Source of the DNA: Monocercomonoides exilis PA203 | Taxonomy: Eukaryota > Protista > Preaxostyla | Direction: 5' to 3' | NCBI GenBank assembly: GCA_001643675.2 | Contig: LSRY02000012.1 | Location: 434,001-498,000, forward strand | DNA length: 64,000 nt | Shown: positions 46,401 to 57,216 of the stretch, in pieces | How positions within the stretch are numbered: the first letter of the stretch is position 1 | Layout: every line of letters starts with the position of its first letter | Program-made: the position numbers and the translations under genes | Notes under the pieces: model-generated | What the model was told of the DNA's origin: nothing | Database searches by the model: none | What the model saw: the letters and a program-made list of their open reading frames with translations, nothing else

Positions 46401-46488
46401 GGCAGTGGTCACAGCTATTGTCGCAGTTTACATAATGAAAATAAAGAAGCGTAATCGGTACAAGGCAATTAACGATATAACTAAATAA
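43420..46488 (+). CDS. Type I membrane surface protein of the same Cys-rich beta-helix-like family (1022 aa)
   Basis: Signal-like MLTILIYCLLCRHA (alternative start 43474); GNDNAECGKSESKPCKTI and TCGRKEEPCD repeats; GGAMYI; C-terminal TM IIIIAVVVSIFVVVVAVVTAIVAVYIM; short tail KIKKRNRYKAINDITK. Confidence 0.88.
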   Translation: MPIFYKYHRIEKIFSRGAMLTILIYCLLCRHAMELDNPSYQLPKNINECNEEDNQFIVSDKELKSLLHPSADPSEQMNATKKGKECIESAAMTETLKSAIEKSSDYSEKNDHDSEIITKFREDVLHKDDPISGSTQMNDDLLNEDEKEEIFINGKNGNDNAECGKSESKPCKTIKRAVEKCIQKKSIILCTTEESNNYDSEPITIEDRGIEIKNRDDFFITIITALDESKVQQGDALLNIKQNGSLSLEKAFVHVNSSRDSGCNQGLVIVEGNNATFEASKTHILITDSEKMLNCVLFECKLGSLHFFEAEISRFRSSFALIHAEVSDTVIFYSSTLNGLTTTSTTQSVITIMSGCKLLALLKSNFSDCSSTEHKLGGVLYWEIGNGNDYHEIENSNFCKCSCKNKEANEHQNEESKGGAMYIRGNDGVVNALKFSLKSVTFSDCSADKGEHMFMSLASGREQIQEDKFSFDMEEIYGKPNFILLEERKDGIGNIIDLLNDETKRLPYSSRKIYVGGEASSQEKTCGRKEEPCDLLKTGKNHLVKDGNAVMFVTGRVTVDEPFVFDKGVILSSAINDYSILSHENEQKRGILRVGAKVEAKESKAVFEIKNYDSKIEHIDVEYPDAIEGDVLDIIYDECMLKITDVVFRPWKTELKGENVLGGEGKSLPYKLIVFEQSIINVTRLVIHGRNRNDKGKSRQNNYQMENFIKLSEMEEIKPNSGIVEEVGENDNPLCSWDSGLIFINQGYYSQINDSSFININEGAIFVNSSNLNMNNCSFENNHPINGDWKKFPSLHHNIRVKGKNTDMFININSLKKGSDGTEGKPLGMISSVNVNGSAIYNTSSLFFIPVLLNVSLEKEFQRNANGMVYQTNGEYVIAVVSGEYLFPCGLTFEASKKRKDQELKWIDCPISEYVNETKMNVKIPKSVLDVDDYTSVVCRLSYPNGVINEEKSKSQEFVFVKPKKEETANDEPKDKKSQIIIIAVVVSIFVVVVAVVTAIVAVYIMKIKKRNRYKAINDITK

Positions 46489-47230
46489 AAAAGGAAGTGA
46501 GAAAGAAATTGAAAATGAAATATACATAATTTTTTATAAATATCGGGATTGCATTTCTTTTTGTTAAGTTTATAAATTTTGTATGATTTTTATTACTTAA
46601 AAAATTAGTTTTTCTTTTTTCTTTTTCTTTTTTTTTTTTTTTTCTTTGATGGTTGTGACTTTGATAGTTATGATTCTGATAGTTATGAATCATATTTATG
46701 TTTTTAACATTATATTTTGAGATTAAGTATAAATTGCTTTTGGTATTTCCTATTTTTTACAGATCAATCCGTTCAAACGTGGATATTCGTTGAAGATTTG
46801 TTTTAAACATTAAACTGTTTTCAGCGAAAATTTTTGTTGCAAACGGATTCTTTTGGTGTTTCCACTTTTTTTCTCATTTTGCACGTGAATAATTAAAAAT
46901 GAATTAGAATTGTTTAATTTATTTATTTGTTTTAAATTTTTTCTTTTCTTTTCTTTTCTTTTCTTTTCTTTTATTTTATTTTATTTTATTTTTTCTGAAT
47001 GTTCATCCATCGATTATTACAAGCATGATTTGCCTCTTTTTATAAAGTCAAATACTGATTTTCATAAAGATCTTGATATCAATTTTCCTTTGAATGAACT
47101 TTATTGACAATTTTAAACTCAAACCAGACGCAAATATTCCATTTAACTCAAATAAACAGTTAAAAAAGCCTTCTCAATCTGTGAAAAACTATCCAATGAA
47201 TTAATAAGCAAACAAAAAAAACGTTAAACT

Positions 47231-48633
47231 TTAAATTATAATAAAATAAAGCGAGGGGCATGTGGATAAAAAGAGAGAATATTTCTGTTTCATCAAAGTT
47301 CCAATGAAGCTGATTACGACATCTTCATATCCTTCTTCCTCCAGCCTTGAAGATAACTCTCTTTTAACTTTGTTGCCTTCTTCCCCATCGCTTGCTTTGC
47401 CTATCTTTAAGTTTAATCTTGTTGAAACAGTAGAAAAGATGCTCAAACAATATTCTACGATTTCATCAGCAAGCGTTGATTGAACAAGTTCTTCGAGACA
47501 TGCATCAAAAACTCGACCTTTCAGCAAAGAACTTTCATTTATTGTCATTGAATACTTCATTCTTTCAAAGAGCAAAATGCATTTTTTCGAAAATTCATCA
47601 TAATTCTCTTTTGCAAGTTTGAAAATCCTAATAATAGATGAAATTAACCTGTCGTATTCATCCCCTTGCAATGCTCTGAGATAAAAAACCGAATACTGTG
47701 CATTAAACCATCTCGCTAAAATCCACAGACTATTCATCATTTTCAAGTCTCTATCTTTTCTCTTCCAATTCACACTTCTTTCCAGCTTTTCCAGTTCTTT
47801 TGTTTCCTCTCTCACAAAATGCAATTCACTTATAATAAGAGGCTTCAATTCCTGGCTTCGAGTAAATCGACCAATTAAAAAAGACCAAGCCGACTGATAT
47901 GCCAAATGTGTCAAATTGTTATGCTGCTGGTGATATTTGATAATTTCCACAATACTTTCCAAATATAATTCTTTTTGTATTTTCTGTTGAGAACCAATAA
48001 ATTTCATTGACCATCAAATTAAAAAATATTAAAAACTGGCAAACATGATAAATGTTGATGTTACTTATGGCAAGCAAAGCCATTTCAACTTTTAAGTGTG
48101 TTTCCTCAATTTCCTGCTTGGATAATGCCGCCTTTAGAAGACAAGACACACAAATGGAAAGTAATTCTTTTGGAAAAGTGGTATCACTTCTGCTCAATGA
48201 AAGATAGCATTCACAAAGATCAATTAATAACTCTTCACTCTTCCCTTCTTTTTTCTTATCTTCTTCAATTATCATCTTCTCAAATCTTTCACTCAATGAA
48301 GATTCACTAAAACCAAAAATAGTCATATCCTTCAGTACTTTGCAATATCCAACTTTCTTCAATAGCAAAAGTGCATTATCCATTGGCATTTTCATTTCTT
48401 CGATCATTTTGTCAATTTCATTGAGTTTTTCTTTTGTGCAAATAGACTGTAGCGCAGCTTTATCAGTGGTGTCAATAAAGTCACTTATTTCTTTTATTCG
48501 TAAAACCTGATCGTATGCTGAGTAGTTTTTTAATCTGGAAAGTGAATCTGCAAAGAAAAAAAAAAGAAAGAAAATGACATCCGAAAACAGAAAATGAATA
48601 TCAACCTAATAAGTTTGTTTCACAATTTAACAT
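47231..48633 (-). CDS. Uncharacterised helical protein, probably of a lineage-expanded family; 3 exons
   Basis: Exons 48633-48606, ~48547-48045 and 47983-47231 join in frame via GT-AG introns. Motifs LLKKVGYCKVLK, LLIDLCECYL, VEMALLAISNI, YHQQHNNLTHLAYQSAW and LEEEGYED are recalled from a large Monocercomonoides hypothetical family. Confidence 0.75.
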
Positions 48634-49110
48634 CTGTGATTCACGAAGATTCAGAAATAAAATGAAAAGAAAAATTAAAAGAGTGAAATATTTATAACAA
48701 AATCATAACATCTAACAAATAATTCAATCAGCATAATTGAAGATATCAAACTTCTTTTGATTCGCTTGTAATTGATTGAAGTTTACCAAGTTGTTTTAAA
48801 AACTTTATTATATACGCCCAACATTTTTTAAATTTGAAATTTTTTCAAGGAAGAATATGAAAAACCAACAACCGAAGAAATGAAACATTTCAGAAATAAA
48901 GACAAACCAGAATACATTTGTCAGCTTCGAAAAGCATCACGATTAAATCTTCTTCATTATGGATGTTTCATTATCGTTTGATTTTTCCAAAATTTTCATC
49001 CGGATGTGATTTTTCTAAATTTTTCGTAATATACGAAAACTCGAAAAACTTTTTCCTGTATTTCCAACAAATAAGGTTTAGATCAAAAGTTTTTTGTTTT
49101 ATTTTTAAAA

Positions 49111-49921
49111 ATGGAGAGGAAACAGACGAATAATAAGAGAGAGAAGGTATATAGAAAAAGAATAGTTATTTTTATGGAAATTTTATAAATGAATTTTATC
49201 ATGATTCGAAAAATTTATTTGAATATGTTTTTAATGATTATAATTCTCCGAAGAATGTTTTATTGTTTTGAGTTGATGATTATTTTTTTTTTGCACATTT
49301 TTATTTTCAAATTGCTTGTTCTTATACTCATGATAGAAGAAAAAGATACGACTGATTTCTTTGAATATTCCAACAGTGTTGACTCTTTTACGCATTGCCT
49401 TAATGCCTATGTTCATAATTGTATTTTATAGTGGAAAAGGCATTGGGGGAATATGGAGTGGAGTTATATTTGGAATTGCAGCAATTACAGACTTTTTCGA
49501 TGGATATTTAGCGAGAAAACTCAATGAACGCACAAAATTTGGACAATTTCTTGATCCTGTTGCAGATAAGTTGCTTGTATGCTCAGCATTAGTTATAATT
49601 GCGGGGAAGTACAACAACATGATCATTAGTATCTGTGGTTCAATTCTTGTTGGAAGAGAAATCGTAATATGCGGACTACGCGAATGGATGGCAGGTTTAG
49701 GACAACAAAAAACTGTTGCAGTTGCATTCATAGGAAAATTAAAAACTGCTGTTGAAATGATGAGTGTTTGCGGTTTAGTTGTTGGGATTGATGATAATAT
49801 AATCCGTTGGTCAACCTATGGATTGGAAGTCTCAGTGATACTTACGCTTTGGTCAATGTTTGGATATTTGTATGCAGGACTGTCTGAACTTTCCTCCATA
49901 TCAGAGTGGTGGGATGAGTGA
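49111..49921 (+). CDS. pgsA: CDP-diacylglycerol--glycerol-3-phosphate 3-phosphatidyltransferase, bacterial type; intron 49147-49336
   Basis: LNIPTVLTLLRI...AAITDFFDGYLARK...TKFGQFLDPVADK...GREIVICGLREWMA...VAVAFIGKLKT...LTLWSM carries the CDP-alcohol phosphotransferase motif DxxDGxxAR...GxxxDxxxD and PgsA-typical flanks. Exon 1 encodes MERKQTNNKREK and splices in phase 0. Confidence 0.9.
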
Positions 49922-50499
49922 GAAAGAATAAACGAAGTTTTTACAATTGTAGCTTTATCAAAAAATTTGAAATCATAAATAGCAAAAAATATTTTTTTTT
50001 TTTTTTTATTTTTTAATTACAATTAGAACAATTCTAACAATTTATCCATCGTTTTTGAATATTTGTGTTTTTGGGTGTTTTGTATTCTTTATGTAATTTG
50101 AATTTGAGATCTGAATAGAAGGAATTGTTTTATTTTAAAAATTCAATTTTTTAACAAATAATATTCTTTATATTTATTCATTTATGGATATTTCTTATCT
50201 TTTTGATAAAATTTTGTCGTATTTATTTTTCCATTTCTTTATTTATAAATATTTATTCGATATCTTTCAAAACATTTTAAAGAATCATTGAATTTGCAAT
50301 AATTTAAAAACTTGAAAATAAACATGAAAATATTCAATTGGATTTCAATTTTATGTTTATGAACTCAGATTTGAAAAGTGAAATGGAGATCGATATTCAA
50401 ATTATTTTATGGTTTTGAAAGATCAACCATAACAAATTTAATTTGTCGTTTTAATCGTTACAACTATTTGATTTATCCGTTTTTTTCTTTGCATTTTTT

Positions 50500-53400
50500 A
50501 TGACTGTATTTATTGGTTAATTTGCCAAAGTTTACCTATATATATGCTGTTTTCTCCATAACTTTTGTTTATTTTAGTATCGTTTGAAAATTCCAAGTTA
50601 TGTAATTGATGCTTTGAATAGAAATAATGAAATTTTGCCATTTCCGTGGAACGAGCAACCAAAGCAATTTGCTTCTTATAAAAATTGGAAAATGATTCGG
50701 GATTTACTGCAAAAACCAATGAAAAATGATGAACAATTTAATGTTTGTATCTGGAATACGTTTTACAAATCACGAAATTTTCCGAACACATTTTTTCCAA
50801 AACATTATCTGTGCTATTAATAACAGGAAATGTTTTATTTTTTATCAAATCAAGATGTTCTTTTTGCAAACAAAACTGACGCATGTGAAAAAGCATTTTC
50901 TGAAGAAATGAAAATAGGAAATGAACGAAAAATACCAATTGTCACTGACAGTTTCCGATGCTTTTTGCGTGATTTTTGTACTGTTGAAGAGTCAAAGTTT
51001 ATTCGATTGAAACTATTACCATTAATGGCACATTCCTCTCTTTCGCTTCCTTTATCACTTGAAGCAATGAAAAAGCAAATAACCTACTATAAATGGTGTT
51101 TTCACGCAGCTGATTCGCATGATCAATCACTTTCTTTTTTAATTGAGAACAAGCTGTTGAGAAAGGTAGATATTGAAGATTGTGAAGTTACTGAAGATGG
51201 GAAAGTAATTTCTATCCCAAAACTTCCTCTTTTACGCCAATTTCCAATACAATTTAAATGTGAAAACGAAAATTCACCATTTTTTGAAAAAAAAGACGAA
51301 ACAATCAAAGCCAATTCTAGAAGCAGTGTTTGTGATTCAGAAGAATTAGACTTTGAGCAAATCTTCAATGAGGCACAATCTTCAACCACCACTTCACCTG
51401 CGTCTTCATCTTTGATTCCACCACCGAATAAATCTGGGCTTACCGATCAAAGCAGCGTACCTGTATTTGCAACCACTAGTCTCCAAATCCCGCGCAAGCT
51501 GGGTCTCCATTTGCTCTCCTTTTTCTTCTTCTCGCTTTATCCAGGGCGCGAAAGCATAAACACACAGAAGTTTCCTGCTTTCTCCACGATACAGTTTATG
51601 GACGGGTGCATGTTCCAGCAGTGTGCTATTGAGAAGAAGGAGAACCGATTCAAGCGGATGAAGCGTGTGAAGCAGGAGCGGTCTGACAGGGAGAAAGGGA
51701 TGACTGAGGAAGAAATCCAAAAGCAGAGAGCAGAAAAGGCAGAGGAGCAGAAACAGTTGAGCTATGAAGAGAAAATGAAGAGAACAGTCCCGCTGTTCAA
51801 AAGCTTTTTGATTTCAGAAGAAGATTTCTTGGGAATACGGAAGCGCAAAAGCCGAGTTGGCAGGAATTCAAAGAAAGAAAAAGTGGAAGAAACAAAAGAA
51901 CAACAAGAAGAAAGTGATAAAAAAGGAATAGTCGATACAGTCGCCGAGGATTCTCGCGTTGGTGCGGATGCAGACAATGAAGCAAAAGTGGGCGAATGTT
52001 CATCTTTTGATATCTTTTCACAAGCAGAGAATGATGCAACACAATTAAGCGAGCTAAAAGATAAGAATGAGAACAAGAACGAAACAGAAGCCAACAAAGA
52101 AGAAGCAGAGAAAGACGATGTTTCCTGTTCAGACAGCGACTACCATGAATCTCCACATCGTGTGGATGTGTATGACAGAAGAACAAAGATCCACACAAAC
52201 TGCTCTGAAGTGAAAGCCACAAAGTTGAGATGCATTCTGAATTACTTTGCAAGATGCTACCACAGCGCCTGCAGCTCCTTGTCAGATGATGCTTTGGAAG
52301 AGGAAGCAACCTCATCATCTACACCTTCATCATCATCTTCTTCTTCGTCTTCACCATCTTCTGCTTCACTGAAGCCTTCTATGCATTTATCTCCTTCGCT
52401 TCTCAGCACAGCTCCAATTCCATTTTTGAACGGATCGCTGAGATTTTCTCGGCGCTGTCTGTTGAATCCATACTGCTGGGAAGCATCAACTGTGAAGTTA
52501 TGCCCGCTCGCAGTGCATCTGACTGCCAAAGTCGAAGATTTGTATGTTGATCATTGCTTTGCATTTCTTTGCGATTTTTGTGAATTGTTAAATGAAAATG
52601 TATTTTGATACTGACACGAATTTAATTCTTTGCTTTGAACTTTTCCTTTTATTTCTATAATTCATCTCTATACGATTTTTTATTCCTTCAAAATCCTCCT
52701 CATATTCGCTGCATCAGTCCAAGTGACTGCTACAAAGTCGACTTTGCAAACAAATTCCCTGGCGGAGGCGTGCTGAATGCAGTTTGTGACTTTTATATGG
52801 ATTTGCATAAAATTCATTATTTTTTATTTTTATCCATTTTCCCCATCAATTTTTGGGTTTGCAAAAATTAAATTGCTCATATTTTATTTTGTTTTTACAA
52901 ACAGGGTGCGGTCCAAGAAGAGATTCTGTTCACAATTTATCCAGAGCTTCTTCTTTCAATGCTCTTCTGTGCTTGCATGAAGCCGAACGAGGCTATTCTT
53001 GTAGAAGGAGCCGAGAAAGTTGCAGAGTACAAAGGATATTCCAGAACATTCAGGTTCAAATGTGCAGCAGAGCAGACAAATGAAAGAAGGTTTGATTTTG
53101 TTTTGATGTTATCATCTTCTTTTTTTGAAACTCAATTTTCTTTTTTTTTCGAACATGAATATCAACAATTGCATAACTTATTAATTTCTGTCACTTTTTT
53201 TTCCCCAAGCCCTTCAGAAGAGACAATCCCAACGCCATTTATTGTGATGGACGCGTTGCACTTTGGCAGACACAACGTTGCTTCAGATGAGTCAGAGCAC
53301 AACCAGTTTAGCAAAACAGCTATTGATAGGGAATTGAATAAAGTATGACGAATGATGAAGGGAAAATGGTTTTTGAAATGTTTTATTTTGGAGAAGAAGG

Positions 53401-54331
53401 CGAAAAGAGAAATTTTAAGTGTTAGCGAAGTTGTTGAATGAGCTTTAGTCAATTATTTCACAAGTTATTTTCTGACTTACAATTCTTGCTGATTCTTATT
53501 ATTGACTGTATTTATTATTTATTCCATTTCTTTGAATATGCTATGTTCATAATAATCCTTTTATAAAATCAAACTTCTCAGAGCTTCACCGGATTTTCCT
53601 TTGTTCCCAGAGGGAACTGTGTTGCATCTGGCCACTGGGGCTGCGGGGCATACAACGGAGACAAAGTTCTGAAGATGCTTATCCAGTGGATGTCAGCCAG
53701 TGTGTGTGGTGTGAAGGAAGTGAAGTATTGTTCAATGGGAGAGAATGAATTTATTGAGAACGCAAAGACAATATTCCAAGCAATTGGAAGTAATACAGCA
53801 AGGATTGTGGATGATAAGGCTGTTGGAAACGAGAAAATGAATGATATTTCTGAGCAGCCGAGCAGTTCTTCTACTTCAGCTTCATCTGCTGGATGTGATT
53901 TGACTGTGGGTCAGCTGTATTCGATTCTTTTGGATTATTCTAAACATCTGCTTCAGCAGGAATTAAAAGAAGATAAAAAGGAGGAGCTTCAAAAGCCTGG
54001 AAATACAAAAAATGAAGAAAAAGACGATATTGTGGAGAAGAAAGAGGAAGAAAGACAAGAATCGAAGGAAGAAGAGAAAGAAAAGACAAATCAAAAAGAA
54101 AAAGATGAAGAAAGTGAAGATGAAAATGAACATTCAGCAAATGAAAACGAAGTAGAAGAAGAACAAGAAAAATGCAACAATTCACAAAAGAATAAAAAAT
54201 CCAAAGGAAAAGGAGAAAAACGAAGATTCGGACCTCACCCAAGATTTAATCAAAGAGGAGGGAAAGATCTTACAACATTTTTGGTAAACAATATTCTAAA
54301 TCAATCAAGTGGTACAAAGGATATGAATTAA
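50500..54331 (+). CDS. PARG: Poly(ADP-ribose) glycohydrolase, multi-exon; start uncertain
   Basis: KLRCILNYF; VDFANKFPGGGVLNA/GAVQEEILF (GGG-x6-QEE catalytic loop, split by an intron); YKGYSRTF; VMDAL; RELNK; ASGHWGCGAYNGDKVLKMLIQW. Confidence 0.92.
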
Positions 54332-54582
54332 CAGATAAAAAATATGCAAATCAAATATTGTTGAGGATTTATTTATTTTACAAAACAACAAAATTATCTT
54401 TCATGTTTCTTTTCAAATGTGTTCCCAATTTCAAGAATCGCGTTTAAAAGATAAATCTTTAACCATTCACTTTCTTTCTTGCTTTCTTATAAAAACTCAG
54501 TGAAAAGCATTTGTTTGAATATCTTGATTCATTCACATAAAAAATGATCGCAACCATCATTAAATACTTTATTGACTTTTCT

Positions 54583-57040
54583 ATGCCTCCAAAGCCAAGC
54601 AATGTACAGAAACGATTTATGTCAAGTGCAGTTAATCTAGATGAAGATAGTGAAGAAGAGTCAGAGGATATTGGATCGGACAGCAGCGAAAATATTGAAA
54701 TAAGTGATAATGAAGAAGATGATATCGCTTATGATGATGAGGAGGAAGATAGCGAAGTGATCGATGAAGATGAAGGCGAAGATTTAAAAATCAACGATGA
54801 TGAAGTTGAAGATATCGTGACAAAAGCAATGGCTGAACTGACTATATCCGATCAAAAAGAAAAGAAAGCCAGAAAAGAAAGCGAGAAGATTTTCATCCCT
54901 GGAGATCCTCTGGAAGATGGAATGGTATGAATACAAATTTGTTTTGTTTGTTATTGTTTTTCTACGATCTTCTAGACATTGGACTATGAGCCAAAGGAAT
55001 TCGACATTATTCATTTTCTTGATTTGGATTGGCCAGCATTATCTTTTGATTATCTGCGAACGGGTCCGATTGCGCAACCTTTAGATAAAATAAAATATCC
55101 ATTGACATTATATGTTGCAATTGGAACTCAAGCTCAAAAAAAGAAAGATAACAGAATTAATTTACTTCAAGCAAAGCAATTGTGTAAAACAAAACATGAT
55201 CGTGATGATGAGGACGAAAGTGATGATGAAGATGATGACGATGACGATGACGATGACGACGAAGACGTTGATCCTATTTGCAGTGTATTTAGCATTCCTC
55301 ACTATGGCTCAGTGAATCGAGTTCGTTGTTTCCCATTTGATTCGACAAAATGTGTTGCGTGGTCAGAAGAGAAAATGCTTTCATTATATGATTTTCGACC
55401 AATGATGAGTTATTGGCAATCTCTGGATGAGGAAGAAGAGAAAATGAATGAAAAAGCAATTAAAGAGATGGAAAGCTCGGGAATTGGAAAGCCACCTGCT
55501 GGAAATCTTATGCCTTCTGCTCGAATTAAAGAAAAATTTGTCAGAAAGCCCAACGAAAGGGAAGTGAAACCGTTTGTTGTTTACAGAGGCCACTCGAACG
55601 AAGGATATGCTGTAGATTTTTCGACCTCAGATCAAATGAAGTATGATCATATCTGACTTAATGCCTAAAAGAAGAGCGCAATCACAAAATTAAAAGCAAA
55701 TTACATATAAAAATTATTTTTTTTCGATTAGACATTTTTCTTTATGAATTCGTTATTCACATTTACTTCTTTGTTTTATTATCATTTCGGCAAACTAATT
55801 ATTTTTTTTTCCTGTTATTTCTCAACAGTATTATTTCAGGTGATTGTGATGGAGACATTCACCTGTGGCATCCAACCTCTTCAATCGGCACTCCATCTTC
55901 CTCTTCAATGGGCTTTTCATCATCTTCTTCCTCCTCCTCCTCTTCTTCTTCTTCTTCTTCCTCTCTCTTCAACTACACCGTTCTGAAAGGCGCACATGGC
56001 TCGTCTGTAGAAGATGTGAAGTGGTCTCCCTTTGACCCAAATATCTTTATGTCTTGCTCTTCTGATGGGTCTATCAAAATATGGGACGTCAGAGAGGCAC
56101 AAGGCGCAGCATATGGGCAGAGCCGCGCGGCTGCTGGAGAAGGAAGACAGAGAGGAGTGGCTTTGTCTGTGTTCGATGCGCATTCACTGAACCCGTCGCC
56201 GTATCTTCAGAGCGGGTTCAGAGGAAGGAAGAGCGATGCTATCGACGTGAATGTGGTTGATTGGAACAAGTTTGGACTTTATTTACTTTTTACTAAATTG
56301 CATATTCATACTGATTACTTTTTCTTTATTTCGCTTTTGAATGCTTTTCATTGAAAAAAATCAAACACTAAACAAAAAATCTCTTCAATTTCACTTCCAT
56401 TGAACATTATCCCCTCTCAACTCTCCATTCAATCGTTATTCCCAACAGACATCACAGCAACTTGTTTGCCAGTGGAGGAGACGATGGCGTTGTGCGTGTT
56501 TGGGATGTGCGTACTCTGTCATCAGCACCTGCCTCTTCCTCATCTGCCTCCTCTGCCCAGTCAGCCGTCTCTGCTGTTTCTCCTTTCCTGCCTTCTTCTT
56601 CAGCCACTCCTCAGATGACATCATCATCATCATCCACATTCCGGTCTGATATGGTCATCAAGTGGCACAAGGCGCAGATCACTTCTGTCTCCTTCTCCTT
56701 CCACGACGAGACACTCATGCTCATTGCCGGCGCCGACGGGCAGATCAGCTGCTGGGACATCTCTATGCAGAAGGAGGTCGAAGGAATGGACGGGGAAGAA
56801 GAAGTGGCAATGACCAGGAAGCAGAAAAAGGATGCGAAGGAAAAGAAAATGGAGGCAGATGACGCAGCAACAGCAGCAGCGCCCTCACGTCTTGATGAAA
56901 TCCCAGTGACTTTCTTGAACACTCATCTTGGAGAGCCAAACCCGAAGGAGGCCCAATGGCATTCACAATACCCCGGATTGATCATGGGAGCAGGAGAACG
57001 ATTTCATATTTTCAAATTTGCAAATGTCACTTTCACTTAA
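54583..57040 (+). CDS. GRWD1: Glutamate-rich WD40 ribosome-assembly protein (GRWD1/Rrb1), 4 exons
   Basis: Acidic N-terminus, then LDYEP...LDWPALSFD...YPLTLYVAIGTQA...N.I...LCKT, HYGSVNRVR, GHSNEGYAVDFS, SVEDVKWSP, DVNVVDWN, ASGGDDG, WHKAQITSV and WHSQYPG. An alternative in-frame ATG lies at 54544. Confidence 0.9.
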
Positions 57041-57216
57041 ATTTGGCAAACAACAGAAAATTGATTTAGAATTGATCATGCACTTCACCTATTTCCGATA
57101 ATGTCACTTCGAAAAATATCACTAATAGCTCGTATTTAAAATTTTTGATGAAGCTTCCTAATGCGCATGAAATCTCAGCAGAAATTCTATTTCCGGAAAA
57201 ATAAATTGATTTGAGA

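Noticed and set aside
49361-49363. Bacterial-style TTG start for pgsA, or bacterial contamination
   Set aside because: An upstream ATG exon splices in frame via GT-AG, and the composition and neighbouring genes are host-like.
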